The notes beneath the pieces are model-generated. The model searched no databases and was not told where the DNA came from. It saw only the letters and a program-made list of their open reading frames with translations. A program made the position numbers and the translations under genes. Positions 52,654 to 62,478 of a stretch of 64,000 nucleotides of DNA are shown here, piece by piece (within the stretch, counting starts at the first letter, position 1; every line of letters starts with the position of its first letter). The stretch is from Gammaproteobacteria bacterium. GTDB lineage: Bacteria > Pseudomonadota > Gammaproteobacteria > CAJXQU01. Location of the stretch: contig CBDEGZ010000003.1 of the NCBI GenBank assembly GCA_965238175.1, positions 2,624,001-2,688,000 of the forward strand, in the 5' to 3' direction.

Positions 52654-55398
52654 TTAACCTGTCCAACCTAAACCTGAAGCAATACAGTTGATTGATAGAA
52701 GTAGTGGAATTAATTCCTTTTCACGTTCACTACCTATTTTATCAGATCCTCTGAACTGCTTGATCAAACCAACTTGTTCCCTTCCTATCTGATTAATTGT
52801 TACGAGGCGCCTTTTCAACTTACGACGAAAACGAGGGAACCTCTCTGCGAGTGTTTCTCCTCCTGAAACTCGAAGAACTTGTTCTACCGTTTTATGAAAC
52901 TCAGTTTCAATCATTGAAAATATTCGCTCTCGAAGATCTGCATTTTGTACCAAATTAGCATATTCTCTGGCTATTTCCATATCAACCTGAATTAAGGTTT
53001 TTTCGGCTTCATCAATTATCAATCTAAAGAGACGAGAACTATCAAACATTTCTCGCAGCAACGTTACTCCTTCAGCTCCATTTTTAGACAAGTAGTTTTC
53101 AAGTGCACTCCCTAATCCATACCAACCGGGAACAAGGTGACGATTTTGACTCCATGCAAACACCCAAGGAATAGCCCTGAGATCTGACAACGAACTCGCA
53201 CCAAAACGTCTTGCGGGTCTCGATCCTATATTTAACAGTACAAGTTCTTCGACAGGGCTAGCTGCTTCGTAATAATCAACAAGTCCTGGTGTTTCAACTA
53301 ATTCCCTATAAGCAGAAAAAGAACCAGCAGATAAGGAACTCAGTGCAGTTTCAAATTCAGGTTGCGGTGATAATGCTTGTTCTTTTTTTGATAAAAGAGA
53401 ATGCGCAATAACACTTTCTGCTAGCAACTCCATGTTGTATTGTGCGGTTCCGCGGTTAGCAAACTTTGAAGACACAACCTCACCTTGCTCAGTTATGCGC
53501 AGTTGTCCATGAACAGAACCCGCTGGCTGTGCCGCTATTGCATGTCCGGTAGGTGCGCCACCCCGACTAACAGAGCCGCCTCTTCCATGAAAGAATGAAA
53601 TCGGTATTCCGGTTTCTTCACCAACAATCGTAAGTTGTTTTTGTCCAGATGTTAATTCCCAATTAGAGGTCAAATAGCCTCCATCTTTATTAGAATCTGA
53701 GTAACCGATCATTACTTCCTGTGATCCACCACACGCATTAATTGATCGCTTTACCAAAGGAATTACAAAAAGTTCACGCATGATATCTGGCGCGGCTCTT
53801 AAATCTCCTATCGTTTCAAATAAAGGCACAATCGCTATTGTGCAACATCTAACACCCTTAGCATCTTTGAATAAACCACCATATTTTGCCAGCAAATAAA
53901 TACCCAATATGTCAGTTGCACTTTGAGTCATACTTAAAATAAAACAGCCTATCGCCTCTCGATCCATTTTGTTTCTTGTTTCAGCAATCAACTGCATGAG
54001 CTCTATCGTCTCCTGCGCTTGATCTGGCAAATCGCGGAAACGAATATCATAATTAAGTGGTTTTTTAAGTTCTGACAAAATCCAATTCTTCCAACTTGGT
54101 GAGGTTTTATCTGGACATTTTGATATGTCCATGCCTGTTAAACAGGTCCAAATAGATTGTAAGGTAGAATTTGTTGTATCAGAATTTTGACGAAGATCTA
54201 AACTGACTGTTTTAAAACGAAAAGCCTCAACTTCTCTTCGAAGTGGCAGCAACATATTTTTAGTAAGTAATTCGCTACCAGAATCAGTTAGCGCTTTTTC
54301 CATGACATTAAGATCATTAATCAATTTATCTGCCGTCGAATAAGCATAATCTGCTTTTGCAGGAATATCATCCAGTTCAGCTTTATTAATAGTCTCTTCC
54401 AATTTCAAAAGCATACAAGCAGAATATTGGCGAAAAATCTCACCTGGATTCCTACTTGTAATTGACTTCCCTTTTCCAGAAGCTCTTAACTCCTTATTCA
54501 ACTTATTTTGGAATGACTTTGATATATTAAGAGAGTTTTTTGTCACACTTAATTTAGCTGAGAAGTCCATCAACTGTTTTCTATAACGATACAAAGTTGC
54601 TCGTCGATATCTAAATAAAGTTGTGCGTGTGACTTCGTTCGTTACAAAAGGATTCCCATCTCGATCTCCTCCTATCCATGATCCAAATTGGAAAAATGGT
54701 GGCATCGAAAAGCTGTCCTCAGAATATTCTGCTTTTAAAGCCAATTCAAATTTTTCTAATAATTCAGGAACACGATCAAATAGTGATTCTTTGAAAAAAT
54801 GTAGGCCCCACGCAACCTCTTGTTCAACACTGGGTTTTTCTAAACGTAATTCCCCGGTTAACCAAAGAAGATCTATTTCACTTTTAAGCTCATCAACAAA
54901 AGATTGTCGTTCTCTTGGGGTCCAACGTGCATTATCAATTTTAATAAGAAGGAGATATATACGGCGGTGTATTTCAAGTACGGTAACTCGTTTTGCCTCT
55001 GTAGGATGGGCCGTGATAACCGGACGAATACGCGCTGTATCAAGTAATGATTGAAATTCAGCGGCAGTAACACCCGCTTTTTTTGCAGTAGCGACAATGC
55101 TTGCGAAAGAACCGGCTAACTCAGAACCACTGCGTTCTGTTTCAATCAAACGACGGCGACGCATTCCTGCGCTTTCTTCAGCGATATTAAGAAGCTGAAA
55201 CCAAATACCTTGAGCTTGTAAGACAGGCACCAACAAACCGTCGTCAGCTGAAACTTCCTCTTCACCCTTAATAACGGCAACGATTTCAGGCTGCCGATTC
55301 TCTAGAGATTCAATTAAAGTTTCAAAAAGTAAAGTAGCGGTCTTATTTGCATAAGCCGCTACTCTTTCTGCTATTGTTTCATTAGAAGTCGTGGTCAT
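52654..55398 (-). CDS. ppc: Phosphoenolpyruvate carboxylase
   Basis: VITAHPTE, SWIGGDRDGNP, QEVMIGYSDSNKDGG, FHGRGGSVSRGG, LRAIPWVFAWSQ, C-terminal GLGWTG. Confidence 0.95.
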   Translation of the reverse strand: MTTTSNETIAERVAAYANKTATLLFETLIESLENRQPEIVAVIKGEEEVSADDGLLVPVLQAQGIWFQLLNIAEESAGMRRRRLIETERSGSELAGSFASIVATAKKAGVTAAEFQSLLDTARIRPVITAHPTEAKRVTVLEIHRRIYLLLIKIDNARWTPRERQSFVDELKSEIDLLWLTGELRLEKPSVEQEVAWGLHFFKESLFDRVPELLEKFELALKAEYSEDSFSMPPFFQFGSWIGGDRDGNPFVTNEVTRTTLFRYRRATLYRYRKQLMDFSAKLSVTKNSLNISKSFQNKLNKELRASGKGKSITSRNPGEIFRQYSACMLLKLEETINKAELDDIPAKADYAYSTADKLINDLNVMEKALTDSGSELLTKNMLLPLRREVEAFRFKTVSLDLRQNSDTTNSTLQSIWTCLTGMDISKCPDKTSPSWKNWILSELKKPLNYDIRFRDLPDQAQETIELMQLIAETRNKMDREAIGCFILSMTQSATDILGIYLLAKYGGLFKDAKGVRCCTIAIVPLFETIGDLRAAPDIMRELFVIPLVKRSINACGGSQEVMIGYSDSNKDGGYLTSNWELTSGQKQLTIVGEETGIPISFFHGRGGSVSRGGAPTGHAIAAQPAGSVHGQLRITEQGEVVSSKFANRGTAQYNMELLAESVIAHSLLSKKEQALSPQPEFETALSSLSAGSFSAYRELVETPGLVDYYEAASPVEELVLLNIGSRPARRFGASSLSDLRAIPWVFAWSQNRHLVPGWYGLGSALENYLSKNGAEGVTLLREMFDSSRLFRLIIDEAEKTLIQVDMEIAREYANLVQNADLRERIFSMIETEFHKTVEQVLRVSGGETLAERFPRFRRKLKRRLVTINQIGREQVGLIKQFRGSDKIGSEREKELIPLLLSINCIASGLGWTG

Positions 55399-55436
55399 GC
55401 CGTTACCTTTTATTTTTCCGGCATCTACTAAACACC

Positions 55437-56408
55437 TTAAACCACACGATCTCTAGGTGGCTCACCAGCAAAGAAAGCATTAAGATTTTCAACTACTCTC
55501 ATACCCATAGCAATACGTGTATCAAGCGTAGCGCTTCCTAAATGAGGTAATAAGACGACGTTATCCATAGTCAACAGTTCTTCAGTTACTTGTGGCTCTT
55601 TGGCAAAAACATCCAATCCTGCTGCAGCGATCGTGCCTTTCTTAAGTGCATCAACTAATGCGGGTTCATCCACAACATCACCCCTGGCAGTATTAATCAG
55701 AATCGCATCATCTCGCATCAGAGCAAATCGTTTAGCATTCATAAGATTCGTATTAGAACCACCTCCAGGGCAGTGTAATGTAACAAAATCAACTTGTGAT
55801 AATACTTCTTCAACAGTATCACATTGAATAGCACCAAACTTATTGATCACTTCTTGACTTGGTGGATATGGATCATAAAAATAGATCTTCATACCGAAAC
55901 CAAAATGTGCTTTATGGGCCATAGCCTGGGCGATACGGCCAAAACCGATCAAACCAAGTTTTTTACCAGTAACCTTCGTACCCATCATGTGAGTTGGGCG
56001 CCAACCAGTCCAGGCTTTCGTTCGAACATGTCGTTCACCCTCACCAGCACGTCTCGCTGTCATGAGCATTAATGTCATGGCAGTATCAGCCGTACAATCC
56101 GTCAATACTTCTGGTGTATTAGTGACGACTAAATCATTCAATTTTGCAGCTTCAAGATCAATATGGTTAAACCCAACGCCAAAGTTACCAATAACTCTAG
56201 CTTTCATATTGTCTACATTAATAACGTCCGCATTTATTTTGTCCGAAACAGTTGGGCAAACAGCATCTGCAGTCTGAAACGCATTAGCTAATTCATCTGC
56301 AGTCATTGGTACGTCATCTGTGTTTAATTGCACATCAAACAATTCTTGCATATGTTTTTCGACAGCTTCAGGCCACCGACGAGTTACAATAACTTTAGGT
56401 TTACTCAT
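55437..56408 (-). CDS. D-glycerate dehydrogenase / hydroxypyruvate reductase
   Basis: D-2-hydroxyacid dehydrogenase motifs (NTPEVLT..TAD, GLIGFGRI, INTARG, GLDVF..EP, LPHLGSAT). Inside the serine-cycle operon. Confidence 0.85.
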   Translation of the reverse strand: MSKPKVIVTRRWPEAVEKHMQELFDVQLNTDDVPMTADELANAFQTADAVCPTVSDKINADVINVDNMKARVIGNFGVGFNHIDLEAAKLNDLVVTNTPEVLTDCTADTAMTLMLMTARRAGEGERHVRTKAWTGWRPTHMMGTKVTGKKLGLIGFGRIAQAMAHKAHFGFGMKIYFYDPYPPSQEVINKFGAIQCDTVEEVLSQVDFVTLHCPGGGSNTNLMNAKRFALMRDDAILINTARGDVVDEPALVDALKKGTIAAAGLDVFAKEPQVTEELLTMDNVVLLPHLGSATLDTRIAMGMRVVENLNAFFAGEPPRDRVV

Positions 56409-56418
56409 GAGTTAACTC

Positions 56419-57309
56419 CTACGAAATTTTTTCCATGATCTTTGCAACAGTAGGTCCAAAGTCGGAAGGTGTTGGCACAATAGTGACGCCCATATCTTGG
56501 AGTAGATCAACTTTTTCTGCTGCACTTTCACCTACCGCAGAAATAATCGCGCCAGCATGTCCCATTCGGCGACCTTTAGGAGCGGTCAATCCAGCAATGT
56601 AGGCAACAACAGGTTTGCTCATATTTTCTTTCGCAAACATGCCAGCATCAACTTCTTGAGGTCCACCGATCTCACCGATCATTACAACTACTTTAGTTTC
56701 AGGATCTTCTTCAAAATACTCAAAATGATCTCTGAAGGCACTACCATTAATCGGATCACCACCAATACCTATACTGGTTGAGATCCCGATACCCAGTTCT
56801 TTCATCTGCGATGCGGCTTCATAGCCCAATGTACCGGATCGACCAACAACACCCACATTACCCGGCATGTATATATGGCCTGGCATAATGCCCATCATGC
56901 ATTTTCCTGGGCTTATTGAGCCTGCACAGTTAGGTCCAGTTAGAACCATTCGATCTTCTCGTTTATAACGTCGCATATAACGCTTAACACGGATCATGTC
57001 ATGTGAAGGAATACCATCAGTGATTGCTACACAAAACTTTATACCACCATCTGCGGCTTCCATAATGCCATCTGCAGCATACGGTGGTGGTACAAATACG
57101 ATACTCGCATCTGCTCCAGTCTCTCTAACAGCATCTTTCACTGTATCAAAAACTGGACGGCTTAAATGAGTTGTACCACCTTTACCAGGTGTTACACCAC
57201 CAACAACATTTGTACCATATTCGATCATTTCCTCAGCATGGAAAGTACCGATCTGGCCGGTGAATCCTTGAACGATCACCTTTGAATTTTCATCTAATAA
57301 AATTGCCAT
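56419..57309 (-). CDS. mtkB: Malate--CoA ligase (malate thiokinase) alpha subunit, SucD-like
   Basis: QGFTG, GGVTPGKGG, SGTLGYEA, GEIGG, MGHAGA. Context next to malyl-CoA lyase favours mtkB over sucD. Confidence 0.8.
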   Translation of the reverse strand: MAILLDENSKVIVQGFTGQIGTFHAEEMIEYGTNVVGGVTPGKGGTTHLSRPVFDTVKDAVRETGADASIVFVPPPYAADGIMEAADGGIKFCVAITDGIPSHDMIRVKRYMRRYKREDRMVLTGPNCAGSISPGKCMMGIMPGHIYMPGNVGVVGRSGTLGYEAASQMKELGIGISTSIGIGGDPINGSAFRDHFEYFEEDPETKVVVMIGEIGGPQEVDAGMFAKENMSKPVVAYIAGLTAPKGRRMGHAGAIISAVGESAAEKVDLLQDMGVTIVPTPSDFGPTVAKIMEKIS

Positions 57310-57327
57310 TTTCGAATTCCTCTTGTC

Positions 57328-58506
57328 TTATGACTTTCCAGTGTGACCTTTCCAAACTGCCACCGCTTTTTCTGCCGCTTCTTGGAGAGTATCCGCCATG
57401 ATGATATCGAGACCACTGTCTTTGATGATCTTACGACCAGCCTCGACATTAGTACCAGACAACCTTACAACTAAAGGAACACCTAGTTCTATTTTCTGAA
57501 CCGCCTGGACAACCCCTTCTGCAATCCAATCACAGCGATTGATACCGGCGAAAATATTAACAAGGATCGTTTCAACATTATCATCCGCCAGAACCAGCCG
57601 GAATGCTTTTGCAGTACGCTCTGCGGAAGCACCTCCACCGATATCCAGAAAATTGGCAGGTTCGCCACCAGAATGTTGGATCATATCCATAGTCGCCATA
57701 GCCAAACCAGCACCATTGATAATACAGCCAATATTCCCATCCAGACCAACATAACTTAAGCCACGATCAGCGGCTTGCATTTCACGGGGATCTTCTTGTG
57801 ACTTATCTCGAAGTTCAGCAATTTTCGCATGTCGGAACATTGCGTTATCATCAAAGGACATTTTGCCATCTAATGCTAATAATCGACCATCTCCGGTCAC
57901 AACAAGAGGATTGATCTCAACCATAGTGCCATCAAGATCGCGCATAGCGCGATAAGCCCCCTGGAACGTAGTTACCGCTTGACTAGTCATTGAAGCAGGT
58001 AAATCCAATGCAAATGCTAATTCTCGCGCTTGAAAGTCTTGCAGACCAACCGCAGGTTCCACATGAATTTTAATAATTGCTTCTGGCTTTTCGACGGCCA
58101 ACTGCTCAATGTCTATTCCGCCTTCTGCGGAAGCCACAACAGTGACTCGCTCAGCCGCGCGATCTAAAACAAATGCCAGATATATTTCACGCTTAATATC
58201 ACAACCTTGTTCTATATAAAGTCGGTGTACCACTTTGCCCTGCGGACCTGTTTGATGAGTAATTAAGCGTTTACCGAGTAATTCATCGGCCGCATCCCAA
58301 ATTTCGTCATCTGTTTTACAAATCTTGATACCACCCGCTTTACCGCGAGCGCCTGAATGGATCTGAGCCTTAACGGCCCAGACTTCGCCACCTATTTCCT
58401 TAGCTCGATATACAGCTTGTTCTGGACTATAGGCTAAACCACCTGGTCCTACGCCAACACCAAATTCAGCCAGGAGTTCTTTTGCTTGATATTCGTGGAT
58501 TTCCAC
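57328..58506 (-). CDS. mtkA: Malate--CoA ligase beta subunit, SucC-like
   Basis: [48 protein letters not shown]. Confidence 0.82.
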   Translation of the reverse strand: MEIHEYQAKELLAEFGVGVGPGGLAYSPEQAVYRAKEIGGEVWAVKAQIHSGARGKAGGIKICKTDDEIWDAADELLGKRLITHQTGPQGKVVHRLYIEQGCDIKREIYLAFVLDRAAERVTVVASAEGGIDIEQLAVEKPEAIIKIHVEPAVGLQDFQARELAFALDLPASMTSQAVTTFQGAYRAMRDLDGTMVEINPLVVTGDGRLLALDGKMSFDDNAMFRHAKIAELRDKSQEDPREMQAADRGLSYVGLDGNIGCIINGAGLAMATMDMIQHSGGEPANFLDIGGGASAERTAKAFRLVLADDNVETILVNIFAGINRCDWIAEGVVQAVQKIELGVPLVVRLSGTNVEAGRKIIKDSGLDIIMADTLQEAAEKAVAVWKGHTGKS

Positions 58507-58529
58507 TACGATTCTCCTCTTTTAAATTA

Positions 58530-59477
58530 TTATTTCGCACCAATTTGATCGGCTTGTGCGATCACATTACGTGCCATCTTTTCAGACGCAATATCGATCA
58601 TTTTACCGTCTAATTGAGCAGCGCCTTTACCTGCTGCCGCAGCCTCCTCCAATGCTTCTAAAACACGACGTGCACGAGTTACTTCTGCTTCAGGCGGAGA
58701 CATAACTTCGTTCGCTAATGGGATCTGTTTAGGATGAATAGCCCACTTTCCTTCATAGCCAAGGGCTGCGACACGTCTTGCCGCTTCACGGAAAGCATCA
58801 TCATCGCTGAAATCACCAAATGGACCATCAATCGCACGTAAGCCAAAAGCACGACATGCCGTCAACATTTGTACTTGTGCTGCATGCCATTGATCAATCT
58901 CAACACCCTTACAAGCGTAATCCGGGTTTAAACCACCAATTACTGTAGTACGCGAACGTAGACTGGCAGCATAGTCAGCGACACCAAAATGCAGAGCTTC
59001 CAATCTAGGGCTTGCTTGTGCAATCGTCATCACATTCGCACCGCCTAATGCAGTCTCAATTAAACATTCAAGACCAATTTTTTCTTTGATACCCATCGCA
59101 TCTTCAACTTGCGTTAATAACATATCAACAGCGTAAACATCTTGTGCTGTTCCCACTTTCGGGATCAAAATCGTGTCGAGGTTGTTACCGGCTTGTTCAA
59201 CTATATCAACAACGTCGCGATACATGTAATGAGTATCGAGTCCATTAATTCGAACAGAAATGGTTTTGCCACTCCAATCAATATCATTTAAACCCTGGAT
59301 AATATTTTTGCGTGCCTGATCTTTATCATCAGGAACTACGGCATCTTCACAGTCAAGAAAGACGTAATCTGCCTCTGATGATGCTGCTTTTTCAAACATT
59401 CCTGGATTTGAGCCTGGTACTGCAAGTTCACTTCGTTGCAAGCGCGGTTGCGCTTGTTCATATTGTGTAAAACTCAT
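58530..59477 (-). CDS. mcl: Malyl-CoA lyase
   Basis: RLQRSELAVPGS, VFLDCEDAV, SVRINGLDTHYMYRDV, LHFGVADYAAS, EGKWAIHP. Confidence 0.9.
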   Translation of the reverse strand: MSFTQYEQAQPRLQRSELAVPGSNPGMFEKAASSEADYVFLDCEDAVVPDDKDQARKNIIQGLNDIDWSGKTISVRINGLDTHYMYRDVVDIVEQAGNNLDTILIPKVGTAQDVYAVDMLLTQVEDAMGIKEKIGLECLIETALGGANVMTIAQASPRLEALHFGVADYAASLRSRTTVIGGLNPDYACKGVEIDQWHAAQVQMLTACRAFGLRAIDGPFGDFSDDDAFREAARRVAALGYEGKWAIHPKQIPLANEVMSPPEAEVTRARRVLEALEEAAAAGKGAAQLDGKMIDIASEKMARNVIAQADQIGAK

Positions 59478-59523
59478 ATATAACCCTTCCTAAGTCTTAT
59501 AAACTTTTATTTTATTGTTATAA

Positions 59524-59548
59524 AAACATCCGCACTAGGCGGGTGTTT
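59524..59548 (-). terminator. Intergenic hairpin between sga and mcl
   Basis: Minus strand AAACACCCGC-CTAGT-GCGGATGTTT followed by further Ts. Confidence 0.5.
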
Positions 59549-59561
59549 AGGTTAATTACGA

Positions 59562-60737
59562 TCAAATTCGGTCTTTAGCTGTCGAGCACAAATATTCTTG
59601 GGCTGCAGCAACACCACTACCTAATTCAATTGGGTAGCCAAGATCTTTCATACTCATCTCTGCACCGCTTAACGGAATCATAAGCATCAACTCATTCATA
59701 TCGCCCATGTGGCCAATACGAAAACCTTGTCCCATCACTTGTCCAATAGTGATCGAAATTGCCAAGTTATATCGGCGATATGCATGACGAGCAACTTCGT
59801 TTCCATCAAAACCTTCTGGAGTACGTACTGCTGTTACTGTATCTGATTGCCAACCATCTTGAGCAATAGTAGACATTCCCCAAGCTTTAACAGCCGCTCG
59901 AGTTGCAGTTGCAAAACGAGTATGACGAGCAAAAACGTTGTCCAAACCTTCTTCGAACAACATGTTTAGAGATTCACGCAAACCCCGGAGTAGATTCATA
60001 GGTGGTGTATATGGGAAAAAGCCAAGATCATTTGTTGCAATTTGATCTTCCCAGGCGAAGAAACAACGCGGGCATTCCGCTGATTTATTTGCTTCAAGTG
60101 CTTTCTCACTTGCACAGACAATACCTAAACCCGTCGGTAGCATAAAACCTTTTTGTGAACCAGAGATTGCAAGATCAACACCCCATTCATCCATACGGAA
60201 ATCCAAACTGCCAACACCACTTACTGTGTCTACAAAATATAATGCAGGGTGATCACAAGAATCAATTGAGTCACGAACGGCTTTAATGTCAGACATAACG
60301 CCCGTTGCTGTTTCATTATGTGTTGCGAAAACTGCTTTAATCTCATGGTTTTTATCTTCTGCAAGAACTTCAGCAAATTTGTCAGCTGGCGTGCCAACCC
60401 CCCACTCACAATCGACTTCAATCACTTCCATACCAAGTCGTTGTGCACAGTCGATGAAAAGATGACTAAACTGACCGAAACGTGAAGCAAGTACTTTGCT
60501 ACCTGGCTTTAATGTATTTGTAATTGCAGATTCCCAGGCACCTGTTCCGGATGAAGGAAAGATGAAGACTCGACCGTTTTCGGTTTTGAAAACTTTCTTC
60601 ATGTCTGCATAAAGTGGTTTTGTGAATTCTGGAAGGTCAAGGGCACGCATGTCCTCTTGTTCTACGTTGATAGCATTCTGGATACGACGCGGTACGTTCG
60701 TTGGCCCAGGTATATATAGGAAATTACGTCCAGCCAT
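59562..60737 (-). CDS. sgaA: Serine--glyoxylate aminotransferase
   Basis: GRNFLYIPGPTN, SGTGAWE, HNETATGV, DFRMDEWGVD...GSQKGFM, FRIGHMG. Confidence 0.88.
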   Translation of the reverse strand: MAGRNFLYIPGPTNVPRRIQNAINVEQEDMRALDLPEFTKPLYADMKKVFKTENGRVFIFPSSGTGAWESAITNTLKPGSKVLASRFGQFSHLFIDCAQRLGMEVIEVDCEWGVGTPADKFAEVLAEDKNHEIKAVFATHNETATGVMSDIKAVRDSIDSCDHPALYFVDTVSGVGSLDFRMDEWGVDLAISGSQKGFMLPTGLGIVCASEKALEANKSAECPRCFFAWEDQIATNDLGFFPYTPPMNLLRGLRESLNMLFEEGLDNVFARHTRFATATRAAVKAWGMSTIAQDGWQSDTVTAVRTPEGFDGNEVARHAYRRYNLAISITIGQVMGQGFRIGHMGDMNELMLMIPLSGAEMSMKDLGYPIELGSGVAAAQEYLCSTAKDRI

Positions 60738-61059
60738 TATAATTAAATCCTCTCATTTTATTGTTGTAGAAGAACCATAAAAACTCTGTCTGCAAAATTC
60801 AGGAACAAAAAATTTAAACTCCTAAAAATTGGATCCAGATTTTTTACTTAAATTTATTAAGTTTATAATCGCTGCGAGACTATCGTTGCGATGCATCAGG
60901 AGATGCTATAGCTAAAGATATGATGGTGTCGTAATATAAGACACTCATTCAAGGTTCTTGACTCGCCTGAGCGAATGTTGATTTTACAAAATTATACTGA
61001 TTTTAACAAAAATGCAATGAATAAGATTGATTCTCAAAAGTAACCAATCATTTTTCTGT

Positions 61060-62229
61060 TCAAGAAAGATCTTTCTTCAGATCTTCAATATCTTCTAAAC
61101 CAATCGACAGCCGGATCAGACTATCAGTAATACCTACTTCCTTCCTCTCAGACTCTGTCAGTCGCCAATGCGTTGTTGTTCCAGGGTGAGTGATGGTACT
61201 TTTTGTATCGCCCAAATTAGCCGTAATTGAGAAAATCTTTGTATTGTCGATCAGCTTCCATGCGCCATTTTTCCCACCCTCAACTTCAAAAGAAACAACA
61301 CCACCATAACCAGACTGTTGATCGGTTGCTAATTTATGCTGTGGATGATTTTCTAGCCCAGGATAATGTACCTGTTTTACAAACGATTGTTGTTGTAACC
61401 ACTGCGCCATATTCAAAGCACTCTCACAATGTGCTCTCATTCTAATTGAAAGTGTTTCCAAGCCCTTAAGAAAAATCCAGGCATTAAACGGACTCATCGT
61501 TGTGCCACCAGTTCGTAATATTCCGAACACCGATTTTCCGATCAATTCTTCGCTACCCAGAATAGCTCCACCAACACAACGCCCTTGCCCATCCAGATAC
61601 TTTGTTGCTGAATGAATGACGATATCAGCCCCTAGATCGAATGGCTTTTGTAATGCAGGTGTGCAAAAACAATTATCAACAACCAATAGACAATCACGCG
61701 ATTTTGCCAAACGGGCAAGGGCAGCAAGATCGGCCACTTCCATCAATGGGTTTGAAGGTGTCTCAAGAAATAAAATGCGCGTCTCAGGGCGAATAGCCGC
61801 TTTCCATGCTGCGATATCAGTGAGTGGAACAAAGCTTGTTTCGATCCCAAACTTACTCAAAATACTATTAAATAGACCGACAGTAGTACCAAAAATACTA
61901 CGTGAGGAAACAATGTGATCGCTTTGTTTTAACAAGCCTAGACAAGTACTCAAAATTGCACTCATTCCTGATGAGGTCGCAATACAACGTTCAGCACCTT
62001 CAAGTGCAGCTAACCTTTGTTCAAAAATTCTGACCGTAGGATTTGTAAATCGGGAATAGATGTTACCTGGCTCTTGATCAGAAAAACGCGCCGCCGCCTG
62101 TGCCGCATTTTTAAAGACAAAACTGGAGGTAGGAAAAATTGGTTCGCTATGCTCCGACTCAGCCGTTCTATGATGTCCCGCTCTAATCGCCAGAGTTTGC
62201 AAGCTATAGTCGTTCTCTTTTTGAGTCAT
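61060..62229 (-). CDS. metZ: O-succinylhomoserine sulfhydrylase
   Basis: EHSEPIF.TSSF, YSRFTNPT, HSATKYLDGQGR, NLGDTKSTITHP. Follows purF. Confidence 0.92.
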   Translation of the reverse strand: MTQKENDYSLQTLAIRAGHHRTAESEHSEPIFPTSSFVFKNAAQAAARFSDQEPGNIYSRFTNPTVRIFEQRLAALEGAERCIATSSGMSAILSTCLGLLKQSDHIVSSRSIFGTTVGLFNSILSKFGIETSFVPLTDIAAWKAAIRPETRILFLETPSNPLMEVADLAALARLAKSRDCLLVVDNCFCTPALQKPFDLGADIVIHSATKYLDGQGRCVGGAILGSEELIGKSVFGILRTGGTTMSPFNAWIFLKGLETLSIRMRAHCESALNMAQWLQQQSFVKQVHYPGLENHPQHKLATDQQSGYGGVVSFEVEGGKNGAWKLIDNTKIFSITANLGDTKSTITHPGTTTHWRLTESERKEVGITDSLIRLSIGLEDIEDLKKDLS

Positions 62230-62302
62230 TTTGACACCCGAATAAATTCATCGGCCATAAATGAAAAAAACCCACATTTAGCAAAAGCCAAAGCAGGCCG
62301 AA

Positions 62303-62357
62303 CGCTTTAGCAATATTTATTACGCGCCTGCAAGCTGAAATTAATCAAATCGGCGCA
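62303..62357 (-). ncRNA. SAM-II-like riboswitch aptamer upstream of metZ
   Basis: Minus strand TGCGCCGATTTGATTAATTTCAGCTTGCAGGCGCGTAATAAATATTGCTAAAGCG matches the SAM-II pattern (GCGCCGATTT...TTGC.GGCGC...TAAAT..GCTAAA). Precedes a methionine-biosynthesis gene. Confidence 0.8.
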
Positions 62358-62478
62358 GAAATGAGACTAGAAGATAGAGAGTGTCCTGTCAATTAAAAAG
62401 CTTAAAGCAAGACGAAAATACTGATATTGTCTAAGGATATAGTCTGGGTTATATAAACTCTGAGTCATATATCTAATA

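Noticed and set aside
56419-58506. Annotation as TCA-cycle sucCD
   Set aside because: Embedded between malyl-CoA lyase and hpr/ppc with no sucAB nearby, so malate thiokinase is more parsimonious.
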